Origin: Octopus vulgaris
Lineage: Eukaryota
DNA: 64,000 nucleotides
Direction of reading: 5' to 3'
Assembly: GCA_951406725.2 (NCBI GenBank)
Contig: OX597814.1
Coordinates: 22,878,001-22,942,000, forward strand
The notes beneath the pieces are model-generated. The model was not told the origin of the DNA. It saw nothing but the letters and a program-made list of their open reading frames with translations, and searched no databases. This document shows positions 13,796 through 26,159 of this stretch, piece after piece (the first letter of the stretch is position 1; each line of letters opens with the position of its first letter). The position numbers were made by a program, and so were the translations under genes.

Positions 13796-14212
13796 AAGGC
13801 AGCGAGCTGCTAGAAACGTTAGCACGCTGGGCGAAATGCTTACCAGTATTTCATCTGCCGTTATGTCCTGAGTCCAAATTGTGCCGAGGTCGACTTTGCC
13901 TTTCATCCTTTCGGGGTCAATTAAAAAAGTACCAGTTATGCTCTGGGGTCAATGTAAGCAACTTAATCCGTTTGTCTGTCCTTGTTTGTCCTCTCTGTGT
14001 TTAGCCCCTTCTGGGTAGTAAAGAAATAGGTATTCCATCTGCCGTTACATTCTGAGTTCAAATTCCACCGAGGTTGACTTTGCCTTTCATCCTTTTGGGG
14101 TCGATTAAATAAGTACCAGTTATGCACTGGAGTCGATATAATCGACTTAATCCATTTGTCTGTCCTTGTTTGTCCCCTCTACATTTACCCCCTTGTGGGC
14201 AGTAAAGAAATA
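13796..14212 (+). mobile_element. Family B-related SINE with duplicated 3' body (dimer-like)
   Basis: Two successive ctgagt(t/c)caaatt..gactttgcctttcatcc..agtaaagaaata units; acaaagtcaactttgt repeated at 13757-13772 and 14213-14228. Confidence 0.8.
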
Positions 14213-14830
14213 ACAAAGTCAACTTTGTCAAAAGCACTCAAGGGCTTCGTAGTGATTTTAAACAGTGTGATGGATAAAGTCTACCTATACTTGCTCACAC
14301 AGTCAAAGATATTGTAGGCTGTTCATTCATGGAGTCACCTTGTTGCTTAGATGATTTGAGAAATAACTCAAAGAATACGCAAGATTTGCATACAGGAACA
14401 GGAAACATTTTATATATACACAAAATAATAATAGTTGCATCAATGTCAAATATTACAAGAGTAAAGATTAGATTTTAGTTGTCTAGAATATTGTTAGGTT
14501 AGTCTAGAGCAATGCTAAGATTTATAGCAAGATTTAGAACTATATTCTCTATGTTTTTGATAAGACAATTACAGTTTGATATTTGTCATCTTAAACAATG
14601 CTTTTGACAGTACTCCAATTATTATTATTATTATTATTAATATTATTATTATTATTATTATTATATTTGGCTAGCAACCAACACAAACAATTAGTTGTAA
14701 TAAGATACTATGTAGCATAATTAGTGATGGGACGAATTGTGTAAAGTAAGAATACTTATTATGAAAAGACAGTAAACAATAAATGGAGACACACACGTAT
14801 GCAACATGCACACATTCACACACATTCATA

Positions 14831-15053
14831 TATGAAAAGCTGCTGAAAAGTTCCTGGCTTTGCGTAAAAGAAAATACTATAGAATTAGTTAATTATGATT
14901 TTATTCAATATATTTCCCTCTCAGATTCACACTCTTATTGCAGTGGTCCTTCAGTTTTTTCTAAGCTTTGTAAAAAGAACTCAGATTGTTGGGCTTCCAG
15001 CCAGGCTTTTTGTGATACCCTTAAAGCCAGGAACTTTTCAGTAACCCCTCGTA
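14831..15053. mobile_element. Mariner-type MITE
   Basis: TIRs gctgaaaagttcctggcttt / aaagccaggaacttttcagt with TA at both ends. Confidence 0.8.
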
Positions 15054-15081
15054 TACATACTTACATATGTGTGTGTATGTG

Positions 15082-15120
<39 letters not shown>

Positions 15121-15274
15121 TATGTGTGTGTGTGTGTGTGAGAGTGTTTATTTTAACATGAGATGAAAACAATACAGTTGGACAGGAATAACTTTTGAAT
15201 ATTGTGTAACAAATGAAATATTGCTAACACAAAGAACTAATAAATAGCAACAACAGCAATAACAATAATAATAA

Positions 15275-15443
15275 TCTTTTCTGATATAGGTACGAAGCCT
15301 GAAATTTGGAGGGAGGGTAGTAGTCAATTGCAGCAACCTTAGTGCCCACCTGGTACTTATTTCATTGATCGTGAAGGATGAAAATTGATCTCAGTGGAAT
15401 TTGAACTCAAAATGTAAAACCAGTTCTGCCAGGTCACTGCCTT
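15275..15443 (-). mobile_element. Family B SINE with internal deletion
   Basis: cctgaaattt..ctggtacttatt..aggatgaaa..gaatttgaactc. Confidence 0.7.
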
Positions 15444-15496
15444 AATAATAATAATAATAATAAAAATAATAATAACAATAATAATAATAATAATAA

Positions 15497-15530
<34 letters not shown>

Positions 15531-15586
15531 GGTGGTGTAGGTGGTGGTGGTGGTGGTGGTTGGTGGTGGTGGTTGGTGGTGGTGGT
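15443..15586. repeat. Compound (TAA)n-(GAT)n-(GGT)n microsatellite
   Basis: Direct inspection. Confidence 0.95.
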
Positions 15587-15592
15587 TAAGAG

Positions 15593-15918
15593 CACCATCC
15601 AATTGGCTTTCGTGCAGGTGGCACGTAAAAGCCACCGTTCGAGCGTGATCGTTACCATCATCACCTTACTGGCACATGTAAAAACATTCGAGCGAGGTCA
15701 TTGCCAGTACCGCCCGACTGGCCCCCATGCCAGTGGCATGTAAAAGCACCCACTACACTCTCAGAGTGGCTGGCGTTAGGAAGGGCATCCAACTGTAGAA
15801 ACTCTGCCAGATCAAGATTGGAGCCTGATGCAGCCATCTGGTTCACCAGTCTTCAGTCAAACCGTTCAACCTGTGCTAGCATGGAAAGCAGACATTAAAC
15901 GATGGTGATGATGATGAT
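15593..15918 (+). mobile_element. RTE 3'-derived short element
   Basis: aaaagcacccactacactc...gctagcatggaaagcagacattaaacgatg(ATG)n. Confidence 0.85.
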
Positions 15919-15939
15919 AATGAATAACAATAATAACTT

Positions 15940-16839
15940 ATGGGTTGTAAGAACTCTGCAGTCTTGGTTAACAATCTTACTAAAGATGGTGTCTCGATAA
16001 AAATACCAGTTGGTGGCTAACCTTAAAACATATACCTCGATGTTGAGTGAAAATATCTAATACAAATGTATCAAATAATGGTGTATATGAGGATGGAACC
16101 AAAGGTGAAACCCTTTTGCCTGGCAGGTACACTGAGGTTGAGCAGCCACAAGCCTGGTCATCATCCAGAGAATGCTTGTACACAAAGTCAGAGGCAATGA
16201 ATAAGGTGGGATAAGGAGACTAGCCAAATGGTAACTGAATGCTGGATTAGGAGTGAACTCAGCAGAAGGGAATTCCAACAACAAATGAAACCAAGAAGGA
16301 ATGAGATAGGACTCTTCGAAATAAGTGAGCAACAGATAGCTGACCAGGCAAGTGCAATAAGAACAAAAGGATGGTCAACAGACATAGATATAGAAGAGAA
16401 AATATGCAAAACAGAAGATAGAAATAATATTTCACCAACAGATAAAGTGCCCAGTGAGAACAGAAAAATGAAAGGTTGCAGTGAAGAAGTAAAGCAAAGC
16501 ATAAATGTTAATGCATTCACATCAAATGAAGCAGGACTAATTAAGAAGAGCTATATCTCAAGAATACAATGATGATTAACACGACATAGTGAGGATGCTA
16601 TGCCAATATATTAGAGAAGACCAGGATTAAGTGCCCCTCCCCCCAATCTGAAGTACATTGATCGACACAAGGTAAAAGTTGAAACCAAAAACATAGATTT
16701 CGTTCTTGAGAAAATGAAGCAAATGTAAAAGGAAGAGCTATATCAAAAGAATACAATGATGACCAACAAGGCATAGTGAGAACACGGTGCCATTTTCAGC
16801 AACCCCTTGTATACATACTTACATATGTGTGTGTATGTG

Positions 16840-16872
<33 letters not shown>

Positions 16873-19800
16873 TGTTTATTTTAACAGGAGATAAAAACAA
16901 GACAGCTGGACAAGAATAACTTTTTGAATATTGAGTAACAAATGAAATACTGCTAACACAAAAAACTAATAAATAGCAACAACGACAACAGCAATAACGA
17001 TAATAATAATCTTTTCTGATATAGGAAAGACCAGGACCTTATATTAGAGAAGACCAGGATCAAGCACCCCACAACCTGAGGTACACTGATCGACACAAGC
17101 TCAAGATTGAAAGTGGAAGGATAGATTCAGTTCTTGGGCTATTCCAGACGAGAAATATAACTGAAAATAACAAGATTATTTGAGCTGCAGCTATGGTTGC
17201 TTCAGATAGAGTTGGATACAAAAGGAAAGAACAAACAGAGAGTAAAGAACCATACTGGCTTAGATGAATTTATGAGAAACAAAGTTAAAAAGATGTTTAG
17301 GACAAGTTGATAGATTGAGAAGAGAAGAATTGCAGAATGAAAGCATAAGAATAACACTGGAAAGAACATATAGAATGAGAGATAAAGGTTATGATGTTAT
17401 GTTGGAAGAATTAAAACAAAAATAGTAGCAATCAAAGCAAAACTGAAAAGATACGACAATAGAAAAATACAGTTCAAGCAAAACATTGTTTGAAGCAAAT
17501 GAGAAGAAACTGTTTCAGGAACTAGATGGGCAAATACATGTAACAATGATATCAGATGCAGAGGAAAGCAAGGCATTCTGGAGAGGGATCTGGGACCAAT
17601 CTTTAGAGCATGATGTTGAAGCAGAATGGCTGCATGAAATCCAATATAGGTTAACAAATATAGAAGTCCAAGGAGAAAACTACAGAAATGCCTTCCACTA
17701 ATGTGGTAACTAATGTCAGGTGCTTTGGCCAGTGAACAGTAAAGGTACTTGGAAAAAAGTGGACTGCTAACCATTGAACAGAAAGAGTGCCAAAAAAGGA
17801 GCTGGGATATGAAGAATCAGTTCTTAATTGATAATTTAATTATCAGGAACTATAAGAGAAGACATACAAAACCAAGCAGTTAAGAAAAATTCCCAAATTG
17901 GAAGAGCCCAGAACCAGATGGAGTCCAAAGTTATTGGATGAAGAAGCTCAGAGGGCTTCATGAAAGGATAGCACAACAGCTAGATGAGTGCTTGCAGGAA
18001 AGTGGAGTACCCAGCTGGATGACAAAGGGAAAGACCTTGTTATGTGCCATGGATCCTGAAAAAGGTGATGTTACATCTAACTTTAAACCAATAACATGCC
18101 TTCCACTAATGTGGTAACTAATGTCAGGTGCTTTGGCCAGTGAACTGTAAAGATACTTGGAAAAAAGTGGGCTGCTACCCATTGAACAGAAAGGGTGCTG
18201 AAAAAGGAGCTGGGATATGAAGGATTAGTTCTTAATTGATAATTTAATTATCAGGAACTCTAAGAGAAGACATACAAAATCTAGCATGGCATGGGTTGAC
18301 TATCGCAAAGCATACAATATAATACAACACTTCTGGAGGATAAGAATGATGGAAATGTATAGCGGAGCAGAGAATATGAGAAGCCTTATACAGAATAGCA
18401 TGAAATACTGGAGAATGGAATTGGCAGCAGGGAAGCAAGTACTAGAAGAGATGAAAATCAAGAGAGGAATCTTCCAGTGGAGATAGTATGTCCCCACTGA
18501 TATTCATGCTGGGAATGATCACCTTGAGTGAAATACAACAGAAAACAAAGTTGGTGTATGATATGGGAAGAGGTAAGGGAAAATTAAATACAATTGCTAT
18601 TCATGGACGACCTAAAGCTATTCCCAAAACCTGAGGCAGAACTGGACAGCTTAGTCTGGTCTGTGCAGATTTTCTCTAAGATATTAAGATGGACTCTCAA
18701 AATGTGCTATGATGCTGATTAGATGAGGAAATCTGGGTACTGTCTTGGATCGGTTGTATACCAAGATGGATGCTTTTGTAGTGATACTGCCAGTGACCTA
18801 ATCTTTCTGACCCTGAAAGATTTCCTCAACCAAATTACTGTACCTGCTGTGAAAGACCAAAATGCTGATAGTTGTCTTTCTATCCGGCCAAAGTATTCTG
18901 TCTGTTTTATGCTTAAACTGGCCATATCTCACCTAACACCAATCCTACAACAACATTCTAAAAATTAAGTTGCTTCATTAAACCATCAGTGCCCAAATTT
19001 GTTTTATGGCTATCAAGTGATGAAATGATGAAGGCAATTCAACCTCAATCCAGGTATAAATACCTGGGAATACTTGAGGCAGATGGGATCAAGGACCATG
19101 ACATGAAAGAAAAAGACAAAAAGAGAATACCTGTGGCGAGTGAGAAAAATATTAACTTCAAAGCTGAATACCAAAATCATAATTTCAACAATAAACTTGT
19201 GTGCAGTTGCAGTAGTTTGTTATGGCACTGGAATCCTGAAGTGGACCATGGAGGAGTAAAAAGAGATTGACAGGATGTCAAGAAAGCTCCTAACGATGCA
19301 TGGAGCCCATTATCCATGTGTAGACACTGACCGCCTGCACATGAAGAGAGAAAATGGAGGAAGGGGACTGATAAGTGTAGAAGACTGCATGTGTATTGAA
19401 CTTGAGAGCTTAATGAGATACCTATCCCAAAGTAAGGAAACCTTGCTAGTGACAGTTAGGAAAGAAGGAAGTATTGAAAGCAGAGAGAAAAGGTAAAACA
19501 AAGGAAGAAGTACAAAAAGGACATGAAGAAGAATTATGCAAGAAGGGACTACACAATCAATTCCATGTAGCCACAACAGAAGTTGCTGTAAAAATAGGTG
19601 GGATTGGCTGATGAAAGGAACACTAATAAAAGAGACTGAGAGTACTATACTGGAAGTGCAAGATCAAGCTTTGGCCATGAATTGGAGTTTCAACCTTAAG
19701 AATGAGAAAGTGTCTCTGTTGTGTCGTATCTACAATAGAGGGTATGAAACCACTGCCCATATCACGAATGAATGCCCTAGACTTGCCCAAAACCACCAGA

Positions 19801-20395
19801 AGTTGTGCTGATGCGACCAGATAGTGAAGGCGCTATATTGAAAACTGCAAAAAGAGGAGGTTAGAGAGAGGCAAGATGTGGTATGATCACAAACAACAGA
19901 GAGTGACAGAGTCAGAGACTAGTGAAATCCTCTGGGATTTACCAATCCCAACAGATCAGGTGCTAGAGCATAACAGACCAGACCGAATGGTGATGGACAA
20001 ATTGCACCACATATTCTATATAGTTGATGTTGCATGTCCCTTTGACCCATGAATAGTCAAGAAGGAAGGTGTAAAGATATATAGGTACAACCCTCGTAAG
20101 TGCAAGATAGCCCAGCTATGGAAATTAAGAAGATGAAGATGGTGCCAATTATTGTTAGGTCCTTGGGAACAGTATTAGAAGGCATCAAGAGGAATATAAA
20201 GGTAATTGGAATAGAGTTCCCAGTAGAACTCCTTCAAATGGTTTGCCTCCTTCACACAAGCAGAATAACCAGGAAAGTATTAGATAACTGAAAAGAACGA
20301 ATAGCATGGTACTATAAGGCTGCAGTAGTAAGCGCGCTAAACATGCAAGACTCCAGGAGCTCCAACAAAACCTGTGATCAAGAGATGATGATGGT
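15940..20395 (+). mobile_element. Near full-length, pseudogenised R4/Dong-like LINE (RT, CCHC knuckle, restriction-like endonuclease)
   Basis: KSPEPDGVQSYW, FKPITCLP, EQKG, MAWVDYRKAY, GIFQ, LFMDDLKLF, YKYLGILE, GGRGLISVED, CRI..ETTAHITNEC, ILWD..HNRPD, VDVACPFD; many stops and frameshifts; 3' end runs into (GAT)n. Confidence 0.88.
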
Positions 20396-20400
20396 GGTGG

Positions 20401-20464
<64 letters not shown>

Positions 20465-20482
20465 AATGATGATGATGATGAT
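20385..20482. repeat. (GAT)n microsatellite at the LINE 3' end
   Basis: Direct inspection. Confidence 0.95.
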
Positions 20483-20989
20483 CTCTCTTATCATTATCAT
20501 TTATGCCTCTATCACTCCATAAAATGGCTGGCAATCAAACAGAGAAATGAAGTTGTGGGATGCTTTGGTCATATTGAAGACATGGGTATCTCTTCAGTGC
20601 TGTTCCCATGCAGAATGCACTTGGTAAACTCTGTAAAGTTTGAGGCTGTAAGGGCCTTTAATGTTGTTGAGGACAAGACCTAATACATGCTGGTGCTCTG
20701 AAAGAAAGAAAAAACCTTCAGAACATTCAGTAAATTAGCAGGGGTTAGGAAGGCCATTGAGCCATAGAAATGAAGCTAAAAATTAAAATTGCGACAAGAC
20801 AAATGGTTTCGCAGTAGAAGCTGCCAAAACCATATAATGAAGCAGAATATAAAACATAATTGATGAATACGTGACAATTGCAAAGAAGCGGTCATTCACA
20901 TTATTTCTGCCTATTCAGTTTTAGTCAAGACATAACCGAATCATTGGGGATTCATACCTTAGAAATTATGCAATGATTAATAAATACTA

Positions 20990-21300
20990 ACAGAAAAATG
21001 AGTGTAAAACACATGCAATAAAATGTCTCGTATAATGATCGTGTGGTAATACTCTGGGACATGCCAATTCATATACACTAGCAGATTAAGGAAAATTGCC
21101 AGATATTATTGTTAATGAGCACCAGGAATGAAAATGTCTCCTGATAATGTATGAATTCCAATAGATGACAATATATTATTAAAGATTAAAGATTAAAAAA
21201 ATGGAAAGTATCCAAAAGTAAACCTCTAGAAGTAGAGAGAATCAGAATATGGGGGGTTGAAACAGAAATAATTTCTATAATAATAGGTGCCTCAGAAAAA
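20990..21300 (+). mobile_element. Old R4/Dong-like endonuclease remnant
   Basis: VILWDMPIH...PDIIV motif. Confidence 0.55.
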
Positions 21301-21320
21301 AATTTTAAATGCAGACAAAA

Positions 21321-21752
21321 AGGCGCAGGAGTGGCTGTGTGGTAAGTAGCTTGCTTACCAACCACATGGTTCCGGGTTCAGTCCCACTGCGTGGCATCTT
21401 GGGCAAGTGTCTTCTGCTATAGCCCTGGGCCGACCAATGCCTTGTGAGTGGATTTGGTAGATGGAAACTGAAAGAAGCCTGTCGTATATATGTATATATA
21501 TATATATGTGTGTGTGTGTGTATGTTTGTGTGTCTGTGTTTACGTCCCCTAGCATTGCTTGACAACCGACGCTGGTGTGTTTACGTTCCCATCACTTAGC
21601 GGTTCAGCAAAAGAGACCGATAGAATAAGTACTGGGCTTACAAAGAATAAGTCCCGGGGTCAATTTGCTCGACTAAAGGCGGTGCTCCAGCATGGCTGCA
21701 GTCAAATGACTGAAACAAGTAAAAAAAAAGAAAGAAAGAAAGAAAGAAAGAA
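21321..21752 (+). mobile_element. Family A SINE, full length, young
   Basis: aggcgcaggagtggctgtgtggtaag head; CpGs largely retained; (AAAG)n tail. Confidence 0.9.
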
Positions 21753-22461
21753 ATACATAACCAAAAAGCCCCATGACTTATGCATGCTCAGCATACAGAA
21801 AATATCACTGTTAAGTACTGCACATGTCCAACAGTGAGTACCTGCAACAAGATTGAAAAATAAAAGAAATTAAAAAAGCAAAAAAAATTCAACAGCTCTC
21901 AGCTTTCGGTTTTCCTGTGAAAGGCACATAATAAAAATAAAACTACTAAAAAAAACGATGAATTGATAGAAACATGGACGTTTTGGTTTGTGGAATATTT
22001 GACACTTAAATATTTTGGTGTCATGTTAACAGTTAGAAGTGTAGGCTGCTTTTATAATTCATTGTGTTCTTGCAGAGGTGATGAGACAATTGTACACAGT
22101 TTCAAAATTGACGCTTAATAAAACCGATTTTAAAATGTAGAACATAGTTTAAGAATTCTGTTTGCATATTATAGCAGAAGAGTTGGTAGAATGTAATAAA
22201 TACAATAAATATTTTCCATCTCATTCAAGATGATTGAAAATATTACAGAAAGATAAACTGTTTGTGCATGAAGCATATATTTATTCATAAAAAGGCTTGC
22301 TCAAAGTTTTCAACTTATACAAATACGTTCACACACACACACACATGTGGGCACATGTGCACTCAGACACACGTTTATGTGTGTGTTTATATGTGTATGT
22401 TTGCATGTGTGTGTATGCCTAAATAGATATATATGATCGCATATGCATGTATATTTCTCTG

Positions 22462-22640
<179 letters not shown>

Positions 22641-22641
<1 letters not shown>

Positions 22642-22760
22642 GTTAATCCAAACATGAAAACACAACAACGCGAGGACGTGGAACAAATATAGTATTATTG
22701 GATGCTCAGGAACGAAGGGAAGAAGGAGGGTTTTACGTTTTGAGCGGACCTCTTCGTCAT
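22641..22760 (-). mobile_element. Penelope-like terminal repeat fragment with truncated minimal hammerhead, embedded in (TA)n
   Basis: Minus strand TGACGA-AGAGGTCCGCTC-AAAAC-GTA-AAAC; homologous to 45428-45630. Confidence 0.65.
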
Positions 22761-22805
22761 ATATATATATATATATGTATGTATATATATATGTATGTGT
22801 GTATA

Positions 22806-23700
22806 AATCATCATTTTCATCATCATCATCATTTGACATCCACTTTCCATGCTGGCATGGATTAGATGGTTTAACTGGAACTGGTAAGGTGGAGAGCTGC
22901 ACCAGGTTCCAGTCTGATTTGGTATGGTTTCTATACCTCTGCTTTTTACATGCCATTGACATGACACCATCAATGACCACAACTACAATTTCATGCGTGC
23001 CATTTACATGACATGGCTAAGGTCATGACTAAAGTTTCACTTGGCTTCATTCAGGGGTCTTCTCAAGCCCAACATATTGCCAAAGGTTTCAGTCCCTTGT
23101 CATTGCTTCTGTGAGGCCCAACATTCAAAGATCATGCTTCACTACCTCATCTCTTGCCTCCATGAAGCTGAACATTTGAAGATCATACTACTGGCAACAG
23201 CCATGATTATGATTTTATGGGTGCCATTTAAATGACACCAGCAATGGCCATGACTATAATTTTACTTGGCTTGACGAGTCTTCTCATGTGCAGCATATCA
23301 TCAAAAGTCCTAGTTACTAGTCATGGCATCTGTGAGGCCCAATATTTGAAGATCATGCTTCACTACCTCATGTCTTCCTGGATCTACCTCTTCCACAGGT
23401 TCCCTCTACACTTAGAGATTGGCAGTCCTCGTCCATATGCATCACATGACCATACTAATACATTCATCTCTCTTGCACACCACATCTGATGCCTCTTATG
23501 CCTAGTTTTTCTCTCAAGACATTTACGCTCTGTTGCACATGCACACTGACATTGTACAACTAGTGAAGCATACTAGCTTCATTTCTTTCAAGCCTTTGCA
23601 CGTCCTTGGTATTCACAGCTCACATTTTACTGCTGTGGAGTATGGCTGTTTGCACACAGGCAGCATACAGTCTGCCTTTTATTCTGAGGGAGAAGCACTT
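22806..23700 (-). mobile_element. Decayed RTE LINE 3' fragment
   Basis: Reverse complement resembles 60660-61583; (CAT)n tail at the left end. Confidence 0.75.
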
Positions 23701-24010
23701 AACGTACCAGGTTTAATATAGTCCTTATGAATTTTGGTTCTCTCCATGATTCAGATTTTGCAATGGCCACTCCCACTAATGTATGGGCCTGGATGATCTA
23801 TTATTTTCCACCTGATATTAAATGGAGTCCTTTAATCTTTGGAGTGCCACAAATGGTGGGTCAGGGATGGGACAAACTGTCTTTCTGAAGACTTTGAAGG
23901 ATGACTGGTGGTTACAGAAACGACGTTTGAGAGATGTACTGGCTGATTTGATTTATTTACAAACTTGGGATGTGGCTATATTCACACTCCTGGTATATCT
24001 CTGGTAGGTT
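23700..24010 (-). pseudogene. Penelope-like GIY-YIG endonuclease fragment
   Basis: Frameshift-corrected translation IYQ.SVNIATSQVCK*IKSASTSLKRRFCNHQSSFK...SLTHHLWHSKD*RTPFNIRWKII..PGPYISGSGHCKI*IMERTKI. Confidence 0.7.
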
Positions 24011-24011
24011 C

Positions 24012-24090
24012 TGCTAATGCTTTACATGTACCATGTCCTTGCGTTGTTGTTTTTTCTGTGTTTGTTGTTCTTTTTGGGGATTTACTATAT
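24012..24090 (+). mobile_element. Inverted Penelope-like terminal repeat end abutting (TA)n
   Basis: gtccttgcgttgttgtttt...ggatttact resembles the reverse complement of 45428-45495. Confidence 0.6.
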
Positions 24091-24367
24091 ATATGTGTGT
24101 GTGTCTTTGTGTCAACATTTCTCCCTGTAGTGTAGCCATTTGGTATTGAGATATTAATAGCATACATACCAAACTTAAAAAGTAAGAACTTATAAGGATT
24201 TGTCTGACTAAACCCTTCAAGGCAACATTTCTACATGGCTTCAGTCCAATAACTAAAACAAGTGATAAATAAAAAGGATTATCACTGAACTTTCAACAAA
24301 AATTGCTTGGCAGTACAATACTGATACTCAAAGATGGTATGAATGTTAACACTATAAGCTACTCTCT

Positions 24368-24593
24368 TAACCCTTTAGCATTTAAACCAGTCATATCAGG
24401 CCCAAATATTCTACCTGTTTTATGATCAAACTAGTCAGATCCAGCCTTTCACATTTACCCCATGATGTCATTCAAAAAAATAAACAATCACATCATTAAA
24501 ATCTCACAGCTACGAGATAATATATGATTAATTCGAAGCACTGTAAATAAATCCGCATTACATTTGACAGAGATCTGAACAACAGAATGTTAA
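24368..24593. mobile_element. piggyBac-like MITE
   Basis: Starts TTAA-CCCTTT and ends at a decayed end plus TTAA; related pieces at ~18880-18980; an AAAGGG-TTAA end at ~6088-6096. Confidence 0.55.
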
Positions 24594-25149
24594 CTGGAAT
24601 TTTGTCCAATTTGTCTGCTACATGACTGAATGCAGTACATTTCAACAAGGGTGTTCTGTATTTAGATCTAATATATGGAATAAAATTAGCTGTACAAGGA
24701 AAATTGTTGTATATTTTATTATTTTACCTGTAATAAGGTTTGTTCCTGTCTTTCATTTGCTAGTTTTTACTTTTGAGAGTCAACAAGTGAAATCAGCACA
24801 ACAATAATAATTACTTGTATATTATACGTTGAATAAGTTGTAGCTGACACTGTAAATTTATGGACAAGGAGGATCAAATAGTAGGATAGAAGGGCAATCA
24901 CTGCCGAAAAAAAATGCAAATAAACAAACAAAAGGAAAAAAATGTGTGAGTAAAGTGTACATGGCTTTTCTACAATGAAACCAATAATAGAATGAAAGTG
25001 AAAGGTTTTTGACTGTTGAACTATAAAGATTCTGAAGAATATTGCTGAAAGCACATATTGATTGGTAACTGTACAATATAAATTTTTGCAAATTATATAG
25101 TAAATGGGTGGTTTCCGTACGTGACATAGATATATCAAGTAAAATATAT

Positions 25150-25673
25150 TCATGATGCTGTTTATCCAGAGAGTTTAGGATTGCATCACATTGATTGGCA
25201 ATTTCCTCAGGACCAGAATATGCTTTAGCTTCAACCATTTATCAAAATTCTACAAAGCTCAGATGAGCCCCACAATGCATCTGGAATGCTAGTACTGTGG
25301 CACACATGCATTCTAGACTGCATTCATTAAAGAGACACACAATTGATCAGCATCATACCACATGATGCTTCAATTGAGGCTCCAGTTTCTAGCCCACAAG
25401 TGTACCGTTTCCTCTCTCTACTTTTCCTCCTTCAATTATAATTGCCTTTACTCCATAGTTCTTGCTATGGCCTTAATGCCTACCCACCTCTGTTCAGGCA
25501 TTCCTGATCCACTCAGCTCTCCCTAACACCTTATTATTTCCATCCCTTTAATCCTTGTATTACCCACTATACTCAATCCTTCCTTCCCAGAATGTTATCC
25601 CTCTGGGATCTCCTCCTTGCTTGCATATTTTCTGCAGGTGTTGACATTCAAGCAGAACATTAATAGTATCAAT
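25150..25673 (+). mobile_element. Old CR1/L2-like LINE 3' fragment
   Basis: KFYKAQMSPTM and QSFLPRMLSLWDLL resemble the LYK...RP and SFFPR...WN.LP C-terminal motifs. Confidence 0.55.
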
Positions 25674-25728
25674 AATAGAAATAATAGATTTCTAAATAAA
25701 TCAGAGAGATTTATGCAGTAGTGGTATG

Positions 25729-25840
25729 ATAAAGAAGTTGTATACTGTTAACTTAATGTGACAGTCCTATGAAGGGAAGCAGTAATATGATTCCCTTCAT
25801 AGGACTGTCACGTTAAGTTGACAGTATACAACTACTTTAT
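25729..25840. repeat. Long inverted repeat (50-bp arms, 3 mismatches, 12-nt loop), MITE-like
   Basis: 25729-25778 versus 25791-25840. Confidence 0.9.
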
Positions 25841-26159
25841 TAATAGCATCAATCTCTCTAATGTCGATGAGCCTATCAAAGCACCTTCCTTCTAAGCCAA
25901 CAAGTAAAAATAAATAAATAAAATATAACTAAAGACACTGTTCTAAACTGTGTTCTTAGTTATAGAATTTTAAACATCAAAAATTCCACTTCTTCATGTT
26001 TTGTTTTGTTACCTACTATCTTACTCAAATGACCCATTGTTTCCTTGACCAGCCCTAATTCTGGAAAATTTTACCACTCTCCCTCTCTCTCTTTGGCCAA
26101 CATGAGGATATTACTTCTCCCACCCTCACCCAATATAAATTAGCTGTGACTGTTGAGAA

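Noticed and set aside
15940-16030. HDV-like ribozyme at the 5' end of the R4/Dong-like LINE
   Set aside because: Plausible for the clade, but I could not build the nested pseudoknot from this decayed copy
21321-21400. tRNA-like A/B boxes
   Set aside because: These are SINE heads, not cloverleaf tRNA genes
23884-23932. CTGAAGA...GAAAC..GTT as a hammerhead
   Set aside because: No helix I or II pairing; it is the antisense of GIY-YIG coding sequence
24767-25238. Two overlapping >120-aa minus-strand ORFs
   Set aside because: No recognisable motifs; the 5' part is antisense to a CR1-like remnant
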